From Nitrospirota bacterium (lineage in GTDB: Bacteria; Nitrospirota; UBA9217), in the NCBI GenBank assembly GCA_963818475.1, contig CAWFSF010000005.1, forward strand, positions 128,001 to 192,000: a stretch of DNA of 64,000 bases, in the 5' to 3' direction. The first letter of the stretch is position 1, and each line of letters begins with the position of its first letter. A program made the translations under genes and the position numbers. The notes below the pieces were generated by a model. The model had not been told where the DNA came from. It did no database searches and worked only from the letters and a program-made list of their open reading frames with translations. Of the stretch, positions 1 to 11,360 are shown piece by piece.

Positions 1-2
1 TT

Positions 3-374
3 CCATTCCAGATATCGCTGCCGCCATTCATCCATGCGCCGGCGCTCTTCGAGATCCTGGTCCGAAGTCACTGTTGTCTTCGGTGCAGATCTGACCGTTT
101 TTTCTTGAGGTTTTTCCGCGCCCTCTTCCTTGCGGGGTTCGGCCCTCTTTTTCAGACTGCTGCCCCGGTATTTCTGCGGCACCTGGCCCGGATCGTCGGT
201 CAGGTGGACCACACCTTTGTCATCGGTCCACTCATAAACGAACCGCTCCCGCACGGGCTGCTGTTCCGGAGCCGGCGCCGGCTCCAACTCCTGCTCCGGC
301 TCCGTCTGGGCCGGGGCAAGGTTCGGCAGGGCGAGGACGAGGAACAGGAACGCCATGACGTTTTTCATGTTCAT
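3..374 (-). CDS. DUF4124-like exported protein (3' end runs off window)
   Basis: Not in ORF track. Manual translation from ATG at 374 (AGGAGG RBS at 381-386): MNMKNVMAFLFLVLALPNLAPAQ...VYEWTDDKGVVHLTDDP, i.e. a signal peptide plus the Y-x-W-T-D-x-x-G-x-x-H-x-T-D motif. Frame is open to the window edge. Confidence 0.8.
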   Translation of the reverse strand, partial: MNMKNVMAFLFLVLALPNLAPAQTEPEQELEPAPAPEQQPVRERFVYEWTDDKGVVHLTDDPGQVPQKYRGSSLKKRAEPRKEEGAEKPQEKTVRSAPKTTVTSDQDLEERRRMDEWRQRYLEW

Positions 375-386
375 GGGACGCCTCCT

Positions 387-866
387 TTAAACCTCTGGCA
401 CGATCGTGCAGGCGGCGTACGCGGCGATTCCTTCACCCCTGCCTGCAAAACCGAGCCCTTCGGTCGTGGTCGCCTTGACGTTGACGGCCGCTTGTTCCAC
501 CTGGATCGCCGATGCAATGTTCGCGACCATGACAGGAATGTGGTCTGCCATTTTCGGTCGCTCGGCAACGATGGTCGCATCGACGTTGTTCACGCGATAC
601 CCCTTCCGGCTAAGAAGGCCGCGAACCTCAGCAAGCAGCAGAAGGCTTGAGATGCCTTTGTACTGAACAGCACTGTCGGGAAAATGCTTTCCGATGTCGC
701 CAAGCCCGGCGGCACCGAGCAGGGCATCGCAGACGGCATGGAGCAGCACGTCGGCGTCGGAATGTCCCAGCAGGCCTTTTTCATGAGGAATATCCACGCC
801 GCCGATGATGAGCTTCCGCCCCTCGACCAGGCGATGGACATCATAGCCGGTGCCGATCCTCATCAC
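387..866 (-). CDS. ispF: 2-C-methyl-D-erythritol 2,4-cyclodiphosphate synthase
   Basis: [37 protein letters not shown] and [12 protein letters not shown] motifs; directly downstream of ispD. Confidence 0.97.
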   Translation of the reverse strand: MMRIGTGYDVHRLVEGRKLIIGGVDIPHEKGLLGHSDADVLLHAVCDALLGAAGLGDIGKHFPDSAVQYKGISSLLLLAEVRGLLSRKGYRVNNVDATIVAERPKMADHIPVMVANIASAIQVEQAAVNVKATTTEGLGFAGRGEGIAAYAACTIVPEV

Positions 867-1561
867 TGCCGCCCCTTCAGTATTTCCTCGGCCAGGATCA
901 GGTCCTCCGGCGTGGTTATTTTGATGTTCTCGTAGCTTCCCATGATCACGCGGACCTTGCCGCCTGCCCGTTCGACCAGCATGGCGTCATCGGTGCCGAA
1001 GGCATTATGCCGGGACGACTCTTCATAAGCATGCTTCAGTATCTTGGCGGGAAAGGCCTGCGGCGTCTGGATGGCCCAGAGCCTGCTCCGGTCCAGCGTC
1101 TGGCGGACCATGCCCTGGTCGTCCACTTCCTTGACCGTGTCCTTGAGCGGCACGCCGACGGTGACGCATTCGCCCTTCCGGGCGTGCTCGACGACCTCGC
1201 GGATCATCTCCTGCGTCACAAAGGGACGCACCCCGTCATGGACGAGCACGATGGAGGCGTCCTTATCCAGCTTCTGCAGGCCGTGCGATACGGATTCCTG
1301 GCGCTCTTTGCCGCCCACGACCAGCGTTTTCACCTTGGTGATATGGTAGCGTTCGATGATCTCCCGGAGGCAGCTTTCCATGTCCTCTTCGGAGAGGATC
1401 GGGATGATCTCGTCGATCTCGGATGCCCGCTGGAAGGCGAGCAGGGTGTGCGCCAGCATGGGTTTGTCGCCGAGCGGCAGGAACTGCTTTGCCACTGCCT
1501 TCCCCATCCGCTTGCCCATGCCCGCTGCGGGAATGAGCACGGTTACCTTCGACATGTTCAC
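863..1561 (-). CDS. ispD: 2-C-methyl-D-erythritol 4-phosphate cytidylyltransferase
   Basis: [37 protein letters not shown] and [10 protein letters not shown] motifs. Confidence 0.97.
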   Translation of the reverse strand: MNMSKVTVLIPAAGMGKRMGKAVAKQFLPLGDKPMLAHTLLAFQRASEIDEIIPILSEEDMESCLREIIERYHITKVKTLVVGGKERQESVSHGLQKLDKDASIVLVHDGVRPFVTQEMIREVVEHARKGECVTVGVPLKDTVKEVDDQGMVRQTLDRSRLWAIQTPQAFPAKILKHAYEESSRHNAFGTDDAMLVERAGGKVRVIMGSYENIKITTPEDLILAEEILKGRQ

Positions 1562-1676
1562 CTCCAGGGAGCCGGACCATGGTGCAGGCGGCCGGCCGGT
1601 GAAGCCGGCCTGCTTTCACAAGGCCCTCACGCAGACAGCTGGTGTCAGGAGCGGCAGGGACCGATGCCGCAGAACA

Positions 1677-2588
1677 TCACTTTTTGACGTTCTTCACGAA
1701 GACCTTAAACCGCTTCGCCAGCGGAGCATCCATGTCGATGGTAACGCGGAGCTGGAACTGGTCTTCCTTGCCGTTGGTCACCACCTCAAAAGGAAGGATG
1801 ATCTGGCTGTCCTCCATGTGCGGCTGTCCCAGGTGCACATTCATGCCTGCTTCGACAGCCTCGTCCAGCGCCGCCATGGCCGGCCGTGCTTCCGCCAGGG
1901 CCGCACCCGCCATCGACGGTTCAGGCTGCGTCCGGTCCAGCGGCGCCGCGCTCGCTGTATCCCCCCGCGATACGATATCGCCGATCGAGAAGTTGTGCCG
2001 CTCCGGGTGCTTCTGCATGTCCTGCAGCACCTGCTTGGAAACAGCCGTGAAGGTCTTAAGCACGCCCTCGCCGGTCATGGCAACCGCCTCGTAAAAGGGG
2101 ACCGCGCGCGGATTCAGCGCCGCGTTCATCTCCTCGACGGAAAGCACGTCGGGCAGATCGCGTTTGTTGTACTGAAGCACCATGGGAAAATCAGTCAGAT
2201 CGATGCCCATATCGGCAAAATTGTCGCGTAAATTGGAGAGGCTTTCGAGGTTCGCATCGAGCATGGCACGCTGGGAATCAGCAACAAAGATGACGCCGTC
2301 AGCGCCCTTGAGCACCAGTTTGCGCGTGGCGTTGTAGAACACCTGGCCCGGCACCGTGTAGAGATGGAAGCGCACCTTGTAGTTCTTGATCGTGCCGAGT
2401 TCGACCGGAAGGAAGTCGAAGAAGAGCGTCCGGTCGGTTTCCGTGGCGAGCGAGATGAGTTTGCCTCGCTGCGTCGGCGCGATGCGGTGATAGATCAGGT
2501 GAATGTTCGTGGTCTTGCCGCAGAGTCCCGGCCCGTAATACACGATCTTCGCGTTGATTTCCCTGGTCGTGTGGTTAACTAATGCCAT
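1677..2588 (-). CDS. MglA-family small GTPase with ~110-aa C-terminal extension
   Basis: True start is MALVNHTTREINAKIVYYGPGLCGKTTN. Contains TETDRTLFFDF, YTVPGQ and NKRD. The ORF track fuses it artefactually to the upstream IMPase. Confidence 0.9.
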   Translation of the reverse strand: MALVNHTTREINAKIVYYGPGLCGKTTNIHLIYHRIAPTQRGKLISLATETDRTLFFDFLPVELGTIKNYKVRFHLYTVPGQVFYNATRKLVLKGADGVIFVADSQRAMLDANLESLSNLRDNFADMGIDLTDFPMVLQYNKRDLPDVLSVEEMNAALNPRAVPFYEAVAMTGEGVLKTFTAVSKQVLQDMQKHPERHNFSIGDIVSRGDTASAAPLDRTQPEPSMAGAALAEARPAMAALDEAVEAGMNVHLGQPHMEDSQIILPFEVVTNGKEDQFQLRVTIDMDAPLAKRFKVFVKNVKK

Positions 2589-2674
2589 ATGCTCATAATT
2601 ACATAAATCACAAAGTATGTCAATACTGCGGCTTGGAATCCCGTGGCTCCGGGCGGGGGCTCCACTCCCGCGGC

Positions 2675-3494
2675 TCACCGCTTCTGCGCGGTGAGCGTGT
2701 TCAACGCCATGATATGCGTAGCATCGTTCTTGCTGGCGAGCAGCGGCACCGTCCGCTCCAGTCCGACGACGATATGGTCGAGCGAGGTGCCCTCCAGGTC
2801 GGTGATCACGCCGTCGGCCTCTTCGAGGATCAGCATGCCGGCGGCATAGTCGAAGGCGCGCGAGGCCGTGGCCGTCGCAAAGACACTGAGGGCGCCCGAG
2901 GCAAGGTAGGCGAGGTCGAGTGCCGTCGACCCGAAGCACCGCGTGCGCTGCGCCTGGCCGAGGAGCGGCATGAGCCGCGGGATGTCGGCTCTTCGGCGAT
3001 GAGGCTTCGAAGGCCACGATGGAAATGCCCTGCAGCGGAGAGGTCGTGATGCGTGCGCCGTTCTTGTACGCGCCGCTGCCGCGCACAGCCCAGAACTCGT
3101 CGCCCACGGCGAGGTTGATGACATATCCCACGGCCAGCGTGGAGAGCGTTTCGCCGTTCAGAAGCGCCAGGGAGGTGGAGAAGAACGGGATGCCGCTCTT
3201 GGCGTTGTTGCTCCCGTCAATGGGGTCCACGAGCACGATCTTCTCGCCGTCGCCGAACTTCCTGACGCCCAGTTCCTCGGAGATCAGCGTGAAAGATTCG
3301 CCTTCCCTGTGCGCCTTCTCGAGCGCGGCAATGACGATGTCCTCCGCCCACTTGTCCACCGGGAAGGTCTTGTCCCCGCCCGCGCCTTTGCCGAGCGGGA
3401 TCGTGCCGCCCTCCTGCGCGAGGATCACGGACAGTCCGTCGCGCATCTTTTTGCCGATGTTCTTGAATAATTCCAGCCATTGTTCGTTGGTCAT
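2675..3494 (-). CDS. Inositol monophosphatase / archaeal-type FBPase-IMPase family protein (frameshift ~2990)
   Basis: SEE and DPIDGS motifs in the 5' frame; RCFGSTALDLAYLASG and FDYAAGMLILEEADG in the 3' frame. Confidence 0.88.
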
Positions 3495-3522
3495 GATAGC
3501 TCCTTCAATAAATGTAGTAAGG

Positions 3523-3592
3523 GTCAAGTAACAAGTAGCATGGAACGGCATAATGGCGACGATGAATCCCTTGCTACTTGCTACTTGCGACT
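3523..3592. repeat. Inverted tandem heptamer element (CAAGTAR ... CTACTTG) overlapping the uvrC stop
   Basis: gtcaagtaacaagtagca at 3523-3540 and ttgctacttgctacttgcgac at 3571-3591 are complementary arms. Confidence 0.65.
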
Positions 3593-5407
3593 CGGAAGAA
3601 GTTAGCTACTTCCCCCGCCGCCTTCTTCGACATTCCCTTAACCGCCGCCAGCTCCTCGACCGTCGCCTGCTTCATCTTCTCGAGGCTGCCGAAATGCCGG
3701 AGCAGCGCCTTTTTCCTCGTTTCGCCGATGCCGGGGATGTCGTCGAGCTCGGACCTGATGGCGCGCTTCTCGCGCAGTTTCCGGTGATAGGTGATGGCAA
3801 AGCGGTGCGCTTCGTCCCGCACCCGCGCGACCAGGTGCGTGATCGAGCTCGTCGGCTCCAGGATGATCGGCTCCTCGACACCCGGGAGGAAGACCCGCTC
3901 GAATTCCCGTATCGTTCCTTCTTCGCCGCTCCGCGCCTTCGCCAGGCCGATCACGTCCGGGCCGTCAATGCCGAGCTCCATCAGCACGTCAAGCGCGGCG
4001 TTCAGCTGCCCCTTGCCGCCGTCGATCAGGATCAGGTCCGGGAGTATACCCTCTTCCTTTGCCTTTGTATACCGCCGCCTGATGACCTCGGCCATGCTCG
4101 CGAAATCATCGGGCCCCACGACCGTCCGGATCTTGTACCGTTTGTAGTTGCGTTTGTCAGGCAGATTATTCTCGAAGCTCACCAGGCTCGCCACCGATTC
4201 CGTGCCCTGGATGTTCGATATGTCGAAGGCCTCGATCCTGCGCGGCAGGTTCCGAAGCCCCAGCTCCTCCTGCAGCCGCAGCAGGATGCGCTCCTTGCTC
4301 TTGCGTGACAGCAGGTGTTCCTTGAGCGATTGGGCCGCGTTGTCCGAGGCCATCTGCACGAGCTCCCGTTTCCTGCCGCGCTGCGGGACCTGGACGTCCA
4401 CGCTGGCGCTGCGCTTTTCAATGAGCCAGGCCTCGAACACCGGGCGGTCCGGCATCTCCATCGGCAGCAGCACCTCGTGTGGCACGATCAGCTCCTTGGC
4501 ATAGAACTGATGCAGCACATCGGCAAGGACCTCCTCATCTGCCATGCCCTGGACATCAGCGATATAAAAATCCTTCCTGCCCAAAAGCATGCCGTTCCTG
4601 ATGAACAGCATCTGGATGTCCGCGTGGCCGCCTTCGGTCGCCATGCCGATCACATCCTGGTTCTCGAAGCCCGGGGAGATGATCTTCTGCTTCTCGAAAG
4701 GCCCCTTCGATCTTCGCGATCCGGTCCCGGAGCTCGGCCGCGCGCTCGTAATCCTGATGTTCCGACGCCTCTTCCATGCGCTGCTTCAGCATGTCGACGA
4801 GGTCGCGGTTCTTGCCTTCGATGAACAGCCGCACCTGGCCGACCATGTCCTGGTAGGCTTCCTTGTCCGCGCCTGCCGAGCAGGGCGCCATGCACCGGCC
4901 GATCTGGTGCTGTACGCAGGGCCGCTCGGGCTTGTCCTCCTTGAATTCTTTTTTGCAGGTGGCAAGCGGGAAGGTGCGGCGGATGAGCGACAAAAGCTCC
5001 CACATGCCGCCGGCCGGCACATAAGGGCCGTAGTAGACTGCGCCGTCCTTCTTCAGTCCCCGGACCACATCAAGGCGGGGATACTCGGCCTTGAGATCGA
5101 ACCGGAGGTAGGGATAGTTCTTGTCGTCGCGGAGAACGATGTTGAAGCGGGGGTGGTGCTTCTTGATGAGATTGGCTTCAAGGATCAGGGCCTCAAGCTC
5201 CGTGTGGGTCACGATGGTCTCAAGGTCCGCGATCAAACGCACCATGATCTCGGTTTTCTCGCCCTTGGAGCCCTTCTGGAAATAGGAACGCACCCGGTTC
5301 TTGAGCGACAGGGCCTTGCCGATGTAGATGATGTGCCCCGCGTGGTCCTTCATGATGTAGACCCCGGGGGAATCCGGGAGGTTCTGGAGTTTTTCTTCGA
5401 GTGTCAT
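3574..5407 (-). CDS. uvrC: Excinuclease ABC subunit C (frameshift ~4698)
   Basis: GIY-YIG N-terminus (PGVYIMKD...YIGKALSLKNRVRSYF), RIEAFDISN, LILIDGGKGQL, RDEAHRFA and a C-terminal HhH. Split over ORFs 4556..5407 and 3574..4653. Confidence 0.96.
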
Positions 5408-5576
5408 GGCGTATCATTTTACCACGGATCGGGGCCTGGGAAGAAGGGAAGAATGATTGGCCGCGGAGAGGCAGGAATTCCATGAATCGTCCGATACACG
5501 ATTGAATTTGAGCACAACTGGTGCTTTACTTGAGGTATAAGGGAACACCGAACGTGCGGTTCCGTGAGGGCGCACC

Positions 5577-6821
5577 ATGCCGCGAATGAAGGAAAAGATC
5601 TGGAAAACATACAATGTTGCGCTCATGCTTCCCATCATACTCGTGATGTCGGGTCTGTTCCTTTTCATTTTCGTGAACAGCCAAAAGGCGATCGAGGCGG
5701 AACTGCAGAGCAAGGCCAGGGCACTATTCGAGAGCATAGTCCTGATGCGAAGCTGGAACGCCCATCACGACGGCGTCTACGTCGAGAAAGTGCCGGGGGT
5801 CGTGTCCAATCCCTACCTGAAAGACCCTGACATAACAACGGTCACGGGCAAACACTATACTAAAAAGAACCCTGCTCTCATGACGCGGGAGATCTCCGAA
5901 CTCGCCGAACAGCGGGGCGCATTCCAGTTTCACATCACCAGTCTCCGTCCCCTGAACCCCGACAATGCGCCGGACGCGGCGGAGCGAAAAGCCCTGGCAG
6001 CGTTTGAAAAAGGGGAGAAGGAAGTGTTCCTCAAAGAGCGGACCGACGATGCCGTGTACTTTCGCTACATGGGGCCGCTTTATACCGAAAAGCAATGCCT
6101 GGGATGCCACGGCGACCTGGGGTATAAGGTCGGCGACGTACGCGGCGGGATCAGCATCAGATTCAACATAACGAAAGCCGAACAAACACTGTCGCTGAAT
6201 AGAATGATCACGGCAGCCTTGTTCGTGGTCACTTCAGCATCGATGCTGATGCTGGTCTACTTGCTGACGCATCGTCTCCACGGCAAACTGGCGTCTGCCG
6301 AGCAGCGGATACGCGAGATGGCGATCACCGACGAACTGACAGGCCTTCGGAACAGGCGGAACCTGTTCCAGCGTCTCGCAGAGGAGGCGGACCGGTCACT
6401 CCGTTACGTCCATACGACCTGCCTCATCCTGTTCGATCTCGATCATTTCAAGAAGATCAACGACGATCACGGGCATCCGGCAGGCGATGCGGTGCTGCGG
6501 GTCGTAGGCGACGTCCTCCGCCAATACTGCCGCCATTCCGACATCGCGGCGCGCTACGGCGGCGAAGAATTTGCGCTCCTCCTGCCGGAAACCCGCCCCG
6601 CGGAGGCCTCGGCCGTGGCTGAAAAACTGAGGGCGGCGATCCAGGCGAGGACCGTCACGCTTGAAAATGGGGTTGAACTGCGCGTTACGGCCAGTTTTGG
6701 CGTGGCATGTTACCAGCAGGGCAAGGAAGGGGTCACGCATTTAATCGAGCAGGCAGACCAAGCGCTCTATCGGGCAAAAGACAAGGGCCGCAACCGTGTA
6801 GAACGCGCGGAAGGGTTGTAG
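5577..6821 (+). CDS. Diguanylate cyclase with periplasmic DUF3365 (Tll0287-like) heme-c sensor domain
   Basis: Two TM segments; NPALMTREISE...CLGCH...GDVRGGISI; C-terminal DLDHFKKIND..GHPAGD, RHSD I-site and RYGGEEF. Confidence 0.92.
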   Translation: MPRMKEKIWKTYNVALMLPIILVMSGLFLFIFVNSQKAIEAELQSKARALFESIVLMRSWNAHHDGVYVEKVPGVVSNPYLKDPDITTVTGKHYTKKNPALMTREISELAEQRGAFQFHITSLRPLNPDNAPDAAERKALAAFEKGEKEVFLKERTDDAVYFRYMGPLYTEKQCLGCHGDLGYKVGDVRGGISIRFNITKAEQTLSLNRMITAALFVVTSASMLMLVYLLTHRLHGKLASAEQRIREMAITDELTGLRNRRNLFQRLAEEADRSLRYVHTTCLILFDLDHFKKINDDHGHPAGDAVLRVVGDVLRQYCRHSDIAARYGGEEFALLLPETRPAEASAVAEKLRAAIQARTVTLENGVELRVTASFGVACYQQGKEGVTHLIEQADQALYRAKDKGRNRVERAEGL

Positions 6822-6857
6822 CTCTCATGTGAATTACGTCTGGAGGATCTTGAGGAT

Positions 6858-7121
6858 TCACGGAGCGGTATCGTTCGAAAGCCCTCCGGTTATCAGGAAC
6901 CGCTCCCGGATGATCCTCCGGAACCGCGGCGTGTAGATAAGCTCGAAGACATCATCCTTGCCCGGGAAAAGGTTCCGCGCAGCCTGCCGCGTGCTCTTCA
7001 GGATCTCGAAGGCCTCCGGCAGCGTCAGGTCCGCCTGCTGCATGAGTATTGCCTGGTTGAGGTCCACGACAAACCGCAGCATCCGCAGTCTTCTTTCTTC
7101 TTCCTGCAATGCCTCGTTCAT
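6858..7121 (-). CDS. Small hypothetical protein
   Basis: 87-aa ORF with typical codon usage and plausible RBS; no motif recognised. Confidence 0.7.
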   Translation of the reverse strand: MNEALQEEERRLRMLRFVVDLNQAILMQQADLTLPEAFEILKSTRQAARNLFPGKDDVFELIYTPRFRRIIRERFLITGGLSNDTAP

Positions 7122-7265
7122 ATGCCATCCTTGAAAATGCCGTATCCGTCTGGGGTATGATACGTCTGTGGTATTCTTTTTTCAAGAGCTGAGGCAGCAA
7201 ATAAAGAAGGAGAGATCCGGTGCGCAGTGGATTGTCAGGCCGCACGGCATGCCGCAAGGTCCTTG

Positions 7266-8181
7266 CTAGAGTTCGACGATCCTCGTGCTGATCTCGATCG
7301 CCGCTTCGGCGCCCTGACCTGCGGAGATGATCGCCTGGGAGTGGCCGTGGCGGAGAGCGCCCAGGACAAAGAGGCCGGGGATGCTCGACTCGCCGGAGCC
7401 CTTGGTCACGATCTTGAACCCCTCGGCGTCGCGCTCCAGGGGGAGGCCATCGAGGTACTCGTCGTTGAGGGAGATCCCGCCCCACCCCAGGATGACCTCG
7501 CAGGGGATGATGCGGCCGTCGCTGAGCCGCACCCCCTCGAGAGTCTTCTCGCCGAGCAGCTCTTCCGGCCGTCCCTCGACCAGGCCGATCCCCTCCTCCT
7601 CGAGGAGCGCGGCGTATCGCGGCGCCAGGGAGAAGCCGTGGGCGAGGAAGGTCACGTCGTTGGTGAACATCCGCTTCATGCCGATGCTCGTGCGCACCCC
7701 GTTTACGGTGCGGTCGATGACGAGCAGCTTCCTGCCGGTGGTGCGGTAGCCATCGCAGATCATGCAGGTGTAGTAGGAGATGCCGAAGAAGCGATAAAGG
7801 TTCTTGAAGGGGGCGAGGGTCTCCTTGGCGCCGGAGGCGGCGATGACGAAGCGGGTAGCGGTAGGTCTTTCCCCCGGCCAGCACCTCGAAGTGCCCCTCC
7901 CTGCCCGAGACTCGCTCCACCCTGGCGTTCTCGACAGCAACGCCGAAGCTTTTTGCCTGGGCAAGGCCGGTTTCCAGGAGATCCGGGCCTGAGACGACAG
8001 GAAGGCCGAGGTAGTTCTCGATGTGTTTCGCGTGGTAGGTCCGCCCCCCGGGGGTGTGGAACAGCAGGACGCGGAAGTTGTACCGGCCGAGGTGGATGCA
8101 GGCCTGCAGGCCTCCCGGGCCCGCGCCGATGACGATACAGTCAAGACGTGTCTCGCCGCCTAAGCCGCCCGTTTGCTCCAT
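7266..8181 (-). CDS. Thioredoxin-reductase-like NAD(P)/FAD oxidoreductase (frameshift ~7857)
   Basis: IIGAGPGG-type FAD motif (VIGAGPGGL), IENYLG, YTCMICDG (CxxC) and SQAIISAGQGAEAA. Confidence 0.88.
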
Positions 8182-8451
8182 CGCCTATCCCCCTGTAACC
8201 TGAGGAAAATCATAACAGGTAAGATTTTAAGGTCTTTAAGGTTTATATCCGCCTAAGAACTCAAGATCTGACTGCTGTTATAATAGCTCAGCGCGAAATG
8301 TTTGGCAATCGCCCGCCGGATATAAACTGGAGTACGGAGCTGCCCGAAGGGGACAAAGAGCGCCGGGATCGAGGTCCCTACCCCTCGCCCAAGTCCGAGG
8401 TCGCGGTGCATAAGGTCGTCAAGACGATCATGTTTTAACGCTGTCGGTTAT

Positions 8452-9984
8452 CTAATTTCTGGAGGCGGTAAGCATCGGCGCGGCCAAATGCGCACCACGT
8501 GTTGTACCGTCGCCACTGCCCTTTTTTTGTTCATCTATTTTAAAAAACAAGACGGTTGACTGAAGGTGGGCAGCCTGAGACGAAAGGCTTTCCGCCGTCG
8601 ATGCCATCTCCTCAGAAGCGCCGGCATTTTGTTGAATCACCTTGTCGAGCTCCTGAACCGTCTTGTTGATCTGCTCCGCGCCGGAATTTTGTTCAGCGCT
8701 TGCACTGCTGATCTCCGTTACCATCTCCGCTGTCTTTTGGATATCGGATACGATCGTGTCAAGCAATTGACCTGCGTGCTCGGCTACGCTGACACTGGTC
8801 AGAGAAAGGTTGTTGATTTCACCGGCAGCAGCCTGGCTTCGCTCCGCGAGCTTCCTGACTTCCGCTGCCACCACGGCAAAACCACGCCCATGCTCTCCGG
8901 CACGCGCGGCCTCGATCGCGGCGTTCAAGGCGAGCAGGTTCGTTTGCCGTGCAATTTCCCCGATAAATGAGACTTTCCCCGCTATTTCCTTCATCGCGAT
9001 GACCGTTTCATGAACGGCCCTGCCACCCTCTTTCGCGTTTTCAGCCGCGATCAAAGCTGTCTTCTCGGTCTGCTGCGCCGTATTCGCATTTCCCCGGATA
9101 TTTGCCACCATCTCCTCCATGGAAGAGGACACCTCTTCAACGGAGGAAGCCTGTTCGGCAGCACCGCGCGACACTACGTCCGAGCCGGACGCAATTTGCT
9201 CTGCGTGTGCTGCAGTTCCCTCGGCACTTTCCCGGATTTTCCCGATCAGGCCCCTGAGATCAATGATCATTTTATTGATCATCCCTCCCAGTTCCCCGAG
9301 TTCATCCCGCGACCGGACGGGAATCTCCTTTGTCAGATCTCCGGCCGCCACCCGTCTTACCACATTCACGGCTGACGCCGCGGGCAGGACCACCATTCTG
9401 CGAACCATGATATAGATCGTTCCCGCCACCAACAGTATGATCCCTGCACTCGTCCCGATAAGCATTCCAATTATTCTGTTCGTTTCCTGATCGACCGCCT
9501 GCCGGGAAAACCCCATGGTGATCGTGCCCAACTTTTTCCCATCCACCTCAACGTCGCTCGTTACGGTCATTACATCACGTGCCTTGGAGACCTTTTCCGC
9601 GAGCATCCGGACATCCTCGCTTTTCTCCGATTTGAGCAGTTCCGCCGTCTCCTTCTCGTTGAAGCTCGCGACTGCGCTCGAGAGTATCTGGCCGGAGGTA
9701 TCTGAGACGTAGGTGAACACCATCTCCCGAGCCGCGGCAGCCTCCGCGATCAGACTGTCTATTGCCATCGCGTCTTTGAACAGCATCGGCTCAGCGAGAT
9801 TCTTCCCGAGAAAGAAGCCGAGCTCATGACCGCGGGCGTCGAGAGTGCGCACCTGCATCTCGTAAAGATTCCGGGCAATATACGTCGAACTGAGGATCAT
9901 AATGATCGTGATGACAAAAGCCATCGCCAGCACAAGCTTATTGCCGATACTTTCCCCGATCTTATCTTCCAGCGATCTTTTCAT
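8452..9984 (-). CDS. Methyl-accepting chemotaxis protein
   Basis: TM-periplasmic-TM-HAMP (RDELGELG) architecture and the signature [27 protein letters not shown]. Confidence 0.95.
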   Translation of the reverse strand: MKRSLEDKIGESIGNKLVLAMAFVITIIMILSSTYIARNLYEMQVRTLDARGHELGFFLGKNLAEPMLFKDAMAIDSLIAEAAAAREMVFTYVSDTSGQILSSAVASFNEKETAELLKSEKSEDVRMLAEKVSKARDVMTVTSDVEVDGKKLGTITMGFSRQAVDQETNRIIGMLIGTSAGIILLVAGTIYIMVRRMVVLPAASAVNVVRRVAAGDLTKEIPVRSRDELGELGGMINKMIIDLRGLIGKIRESAEGTAAHAEQIASGSDVVSRGAAEQASSVEEVSSSMEEMVANIRGNANTAQQTEKTALIAAENAKEGGRAVHETVIAMKEIAGKVSFIGEIARQTNLLALNAAIEAARAGEHGRGFAVVAAEVRKLAERSQAAAGEINNLSLTSVSVAEHAGQLLDTIVSDIQKTAEMVTEISSASAEQNSGAEQINKTVQELDKVIQQNAGASEEMASTAESLSSQAAHLQSTVLFFKIDEQKKGSGDGTTRGAHLAAPMLTASRN

Positions 9985-10074
9985 CAATCCCCTTCCGCGA
10001 AGCATTCAGCCGTTTGCCCCCGTCTTACCTTGCCATACCCACTCCCCACTCGGCCGCTCTCGCCCTGGCGGCGC

Positions 10075-11304
10075 TTAAAACCCCGCCTGAAGCATTGCAG
10101 TAACGGTCTTGAAGTCCTGAGATGCGGCATTTCCCTCATCTTTAAAATCGGTAACGGCATATTGAAGCGTAAGCCTGAGATTCTGACCCTTCATCAAGTA
10201 GTTGAGTCCGCCTGCCATCCAGTCGATGTGCTGGTCATATACATCGCTCAACACGGCAAAATCCCATCGTTCATAACGCACAAAAGGCTGGAGCTGGCCT
10301 GGTCCGATCTTCTCAATGAACAGGTACCCCGCCTTGGCATACCATCCTTTTTTGTCACCGTCAACCCCGAGGCTTTCAGGGTCGGGGTCGCTCCCTTGAT
10401 AAGCGTCATTGAAGCTGGTGCGGACATAAGCGCCGGACAGCGTGACCGAGCCGACATCGCTTACCGGATATTCAAAAAAGGCATCCGCTGTCCAGGCGGA
10501 GTAGTTTTTCTCGCCGGTCTTGTTCGTCACATCGCTGAAGACGGCGCCAGGCTCATATTGGGCAGCGGCGCCGACGGTGAAGATCATCTTATCGCCCAGG
10601 TAGGTGCCGCTGTAGCCGTAGGCATCCTCTGGATCAAGCAAAGCAAGATGCACCCGCCCCGTATAGCGGGGGGAGCTCTCAGGAGCATTCGCCGATTCCT
10701 GACCCTCCTGGACAGCTGCAAAATACTGGAGCTTCGCGTTAGCAAAATTTCCCCAGGCCACGATGCCCGTGTCCCTGGTCCTCGCCACGGGCGTTCCGAT
10801 AAAGACGGAACGGTCAAGCGTCAGGGGGCTGAAACAAGCATCCAATACCTCACGGGTAAAGGGTATCTTGGATTTTCCTACCAGAAGATGAAAAGAATCA
10901 TCAAGATCAGCCGTTATGTATGATTCAAGCACTTCGAAAACGTCTACCGGTTCCTGAGCTACATCCACGGGACCGATACGGCGCGGGCCCGACTGCTCGA
11001 TCTTGAGGGAGTAACCAACTACGTCGGATGCCTGCCCTGTTATGGAAAGACGGTTGCGCCGGAAATAAAAATCTGTTGTCGGTTTCGTGCCGTCCAGGCC
11101 GGACCCCGTATCGCGCCACTCGCCATAGAACTGCGTCTGATAGTTGAGGCGCATGAATGCAATATCACTCAGTTTAATCGTTGCGCCTTCAGGCGGCAGG
11201 CAAGGTTCCTTCGATTCAGCGGCACAGGGCCGCTGCAGCACGAGCAGAAGGAGAATAAAACCGCTGAACACGGTCAGCGTAGTTTTTCGTATTGCGGGTA
11301 TCAT
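10075..11304 (-). CDS. OprO/OprP-type porin resembling ExtI (selenite/tellurite reduction operon porin)
   Basis: Signal peptide, DFYFRRNRL, RDTGIVAWGN, YTGRVHLALLDPE, beta-barrel pattern and terminal Phe. Immediately downstream of the ExtH-like gene, as in Geobacter extHI. Confidence 0.8.
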   Translation of the reverse strand: MIPAIRKTTLTVFSGFILLLLVLQRPCAAESKEPCLPPEGATIKLSDIAFMRLNYQTQFYGEWRDTGSGLDGTKPTTDFYFRRNRLSITGQASDVVGYSLKIEQSGPRRIGPVDVAQEPVDVFEVLESYITADLDDSFHLLVGKSKIPFTREVLDACFSPLTLDRSVFIGTPVARTRDTGIVAWGNFANAKLQYFAAVQEGQESANAPESSPRYTGRVHLALLDPEDAYGYSGTYLGDKMIFTVGAAAQYEPGAVFSDVTNKTGEKNYSAWTADAFFEYPVSDVGSVTLSGAYVRTSFNDAYQGSDPDPESLGVDGDKKGWYAKAGYLFIEKIGPGQLQPFVRYERWDFAVLSDVYDQHIDWMAGGLNYLMKGQNLRLTLQYAVTDFKDEGNAASQDFKTVTAMLQAGF

Positions 11305-11360
11305 AATGCCTCCTCATTGCCGGTCAAAAGTGTTATGCTCCGCATTAAATACTAGTTACA

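Noticed and set aside
1677-3551. 624-aa IMPase-MglA fusion in the ORF track
   Set aside because: Created by the frameshift near 2990. The linker is out-of-frame IMPase plus intergenic DNA, and each gene has its own start and stop.
4690-4705. Programmed frameshifting in uvrC and other split genes
   Set aside because: No consistent slippery or stimulatory signals were seen, and the number of unrelated affected genes points to assembly error.
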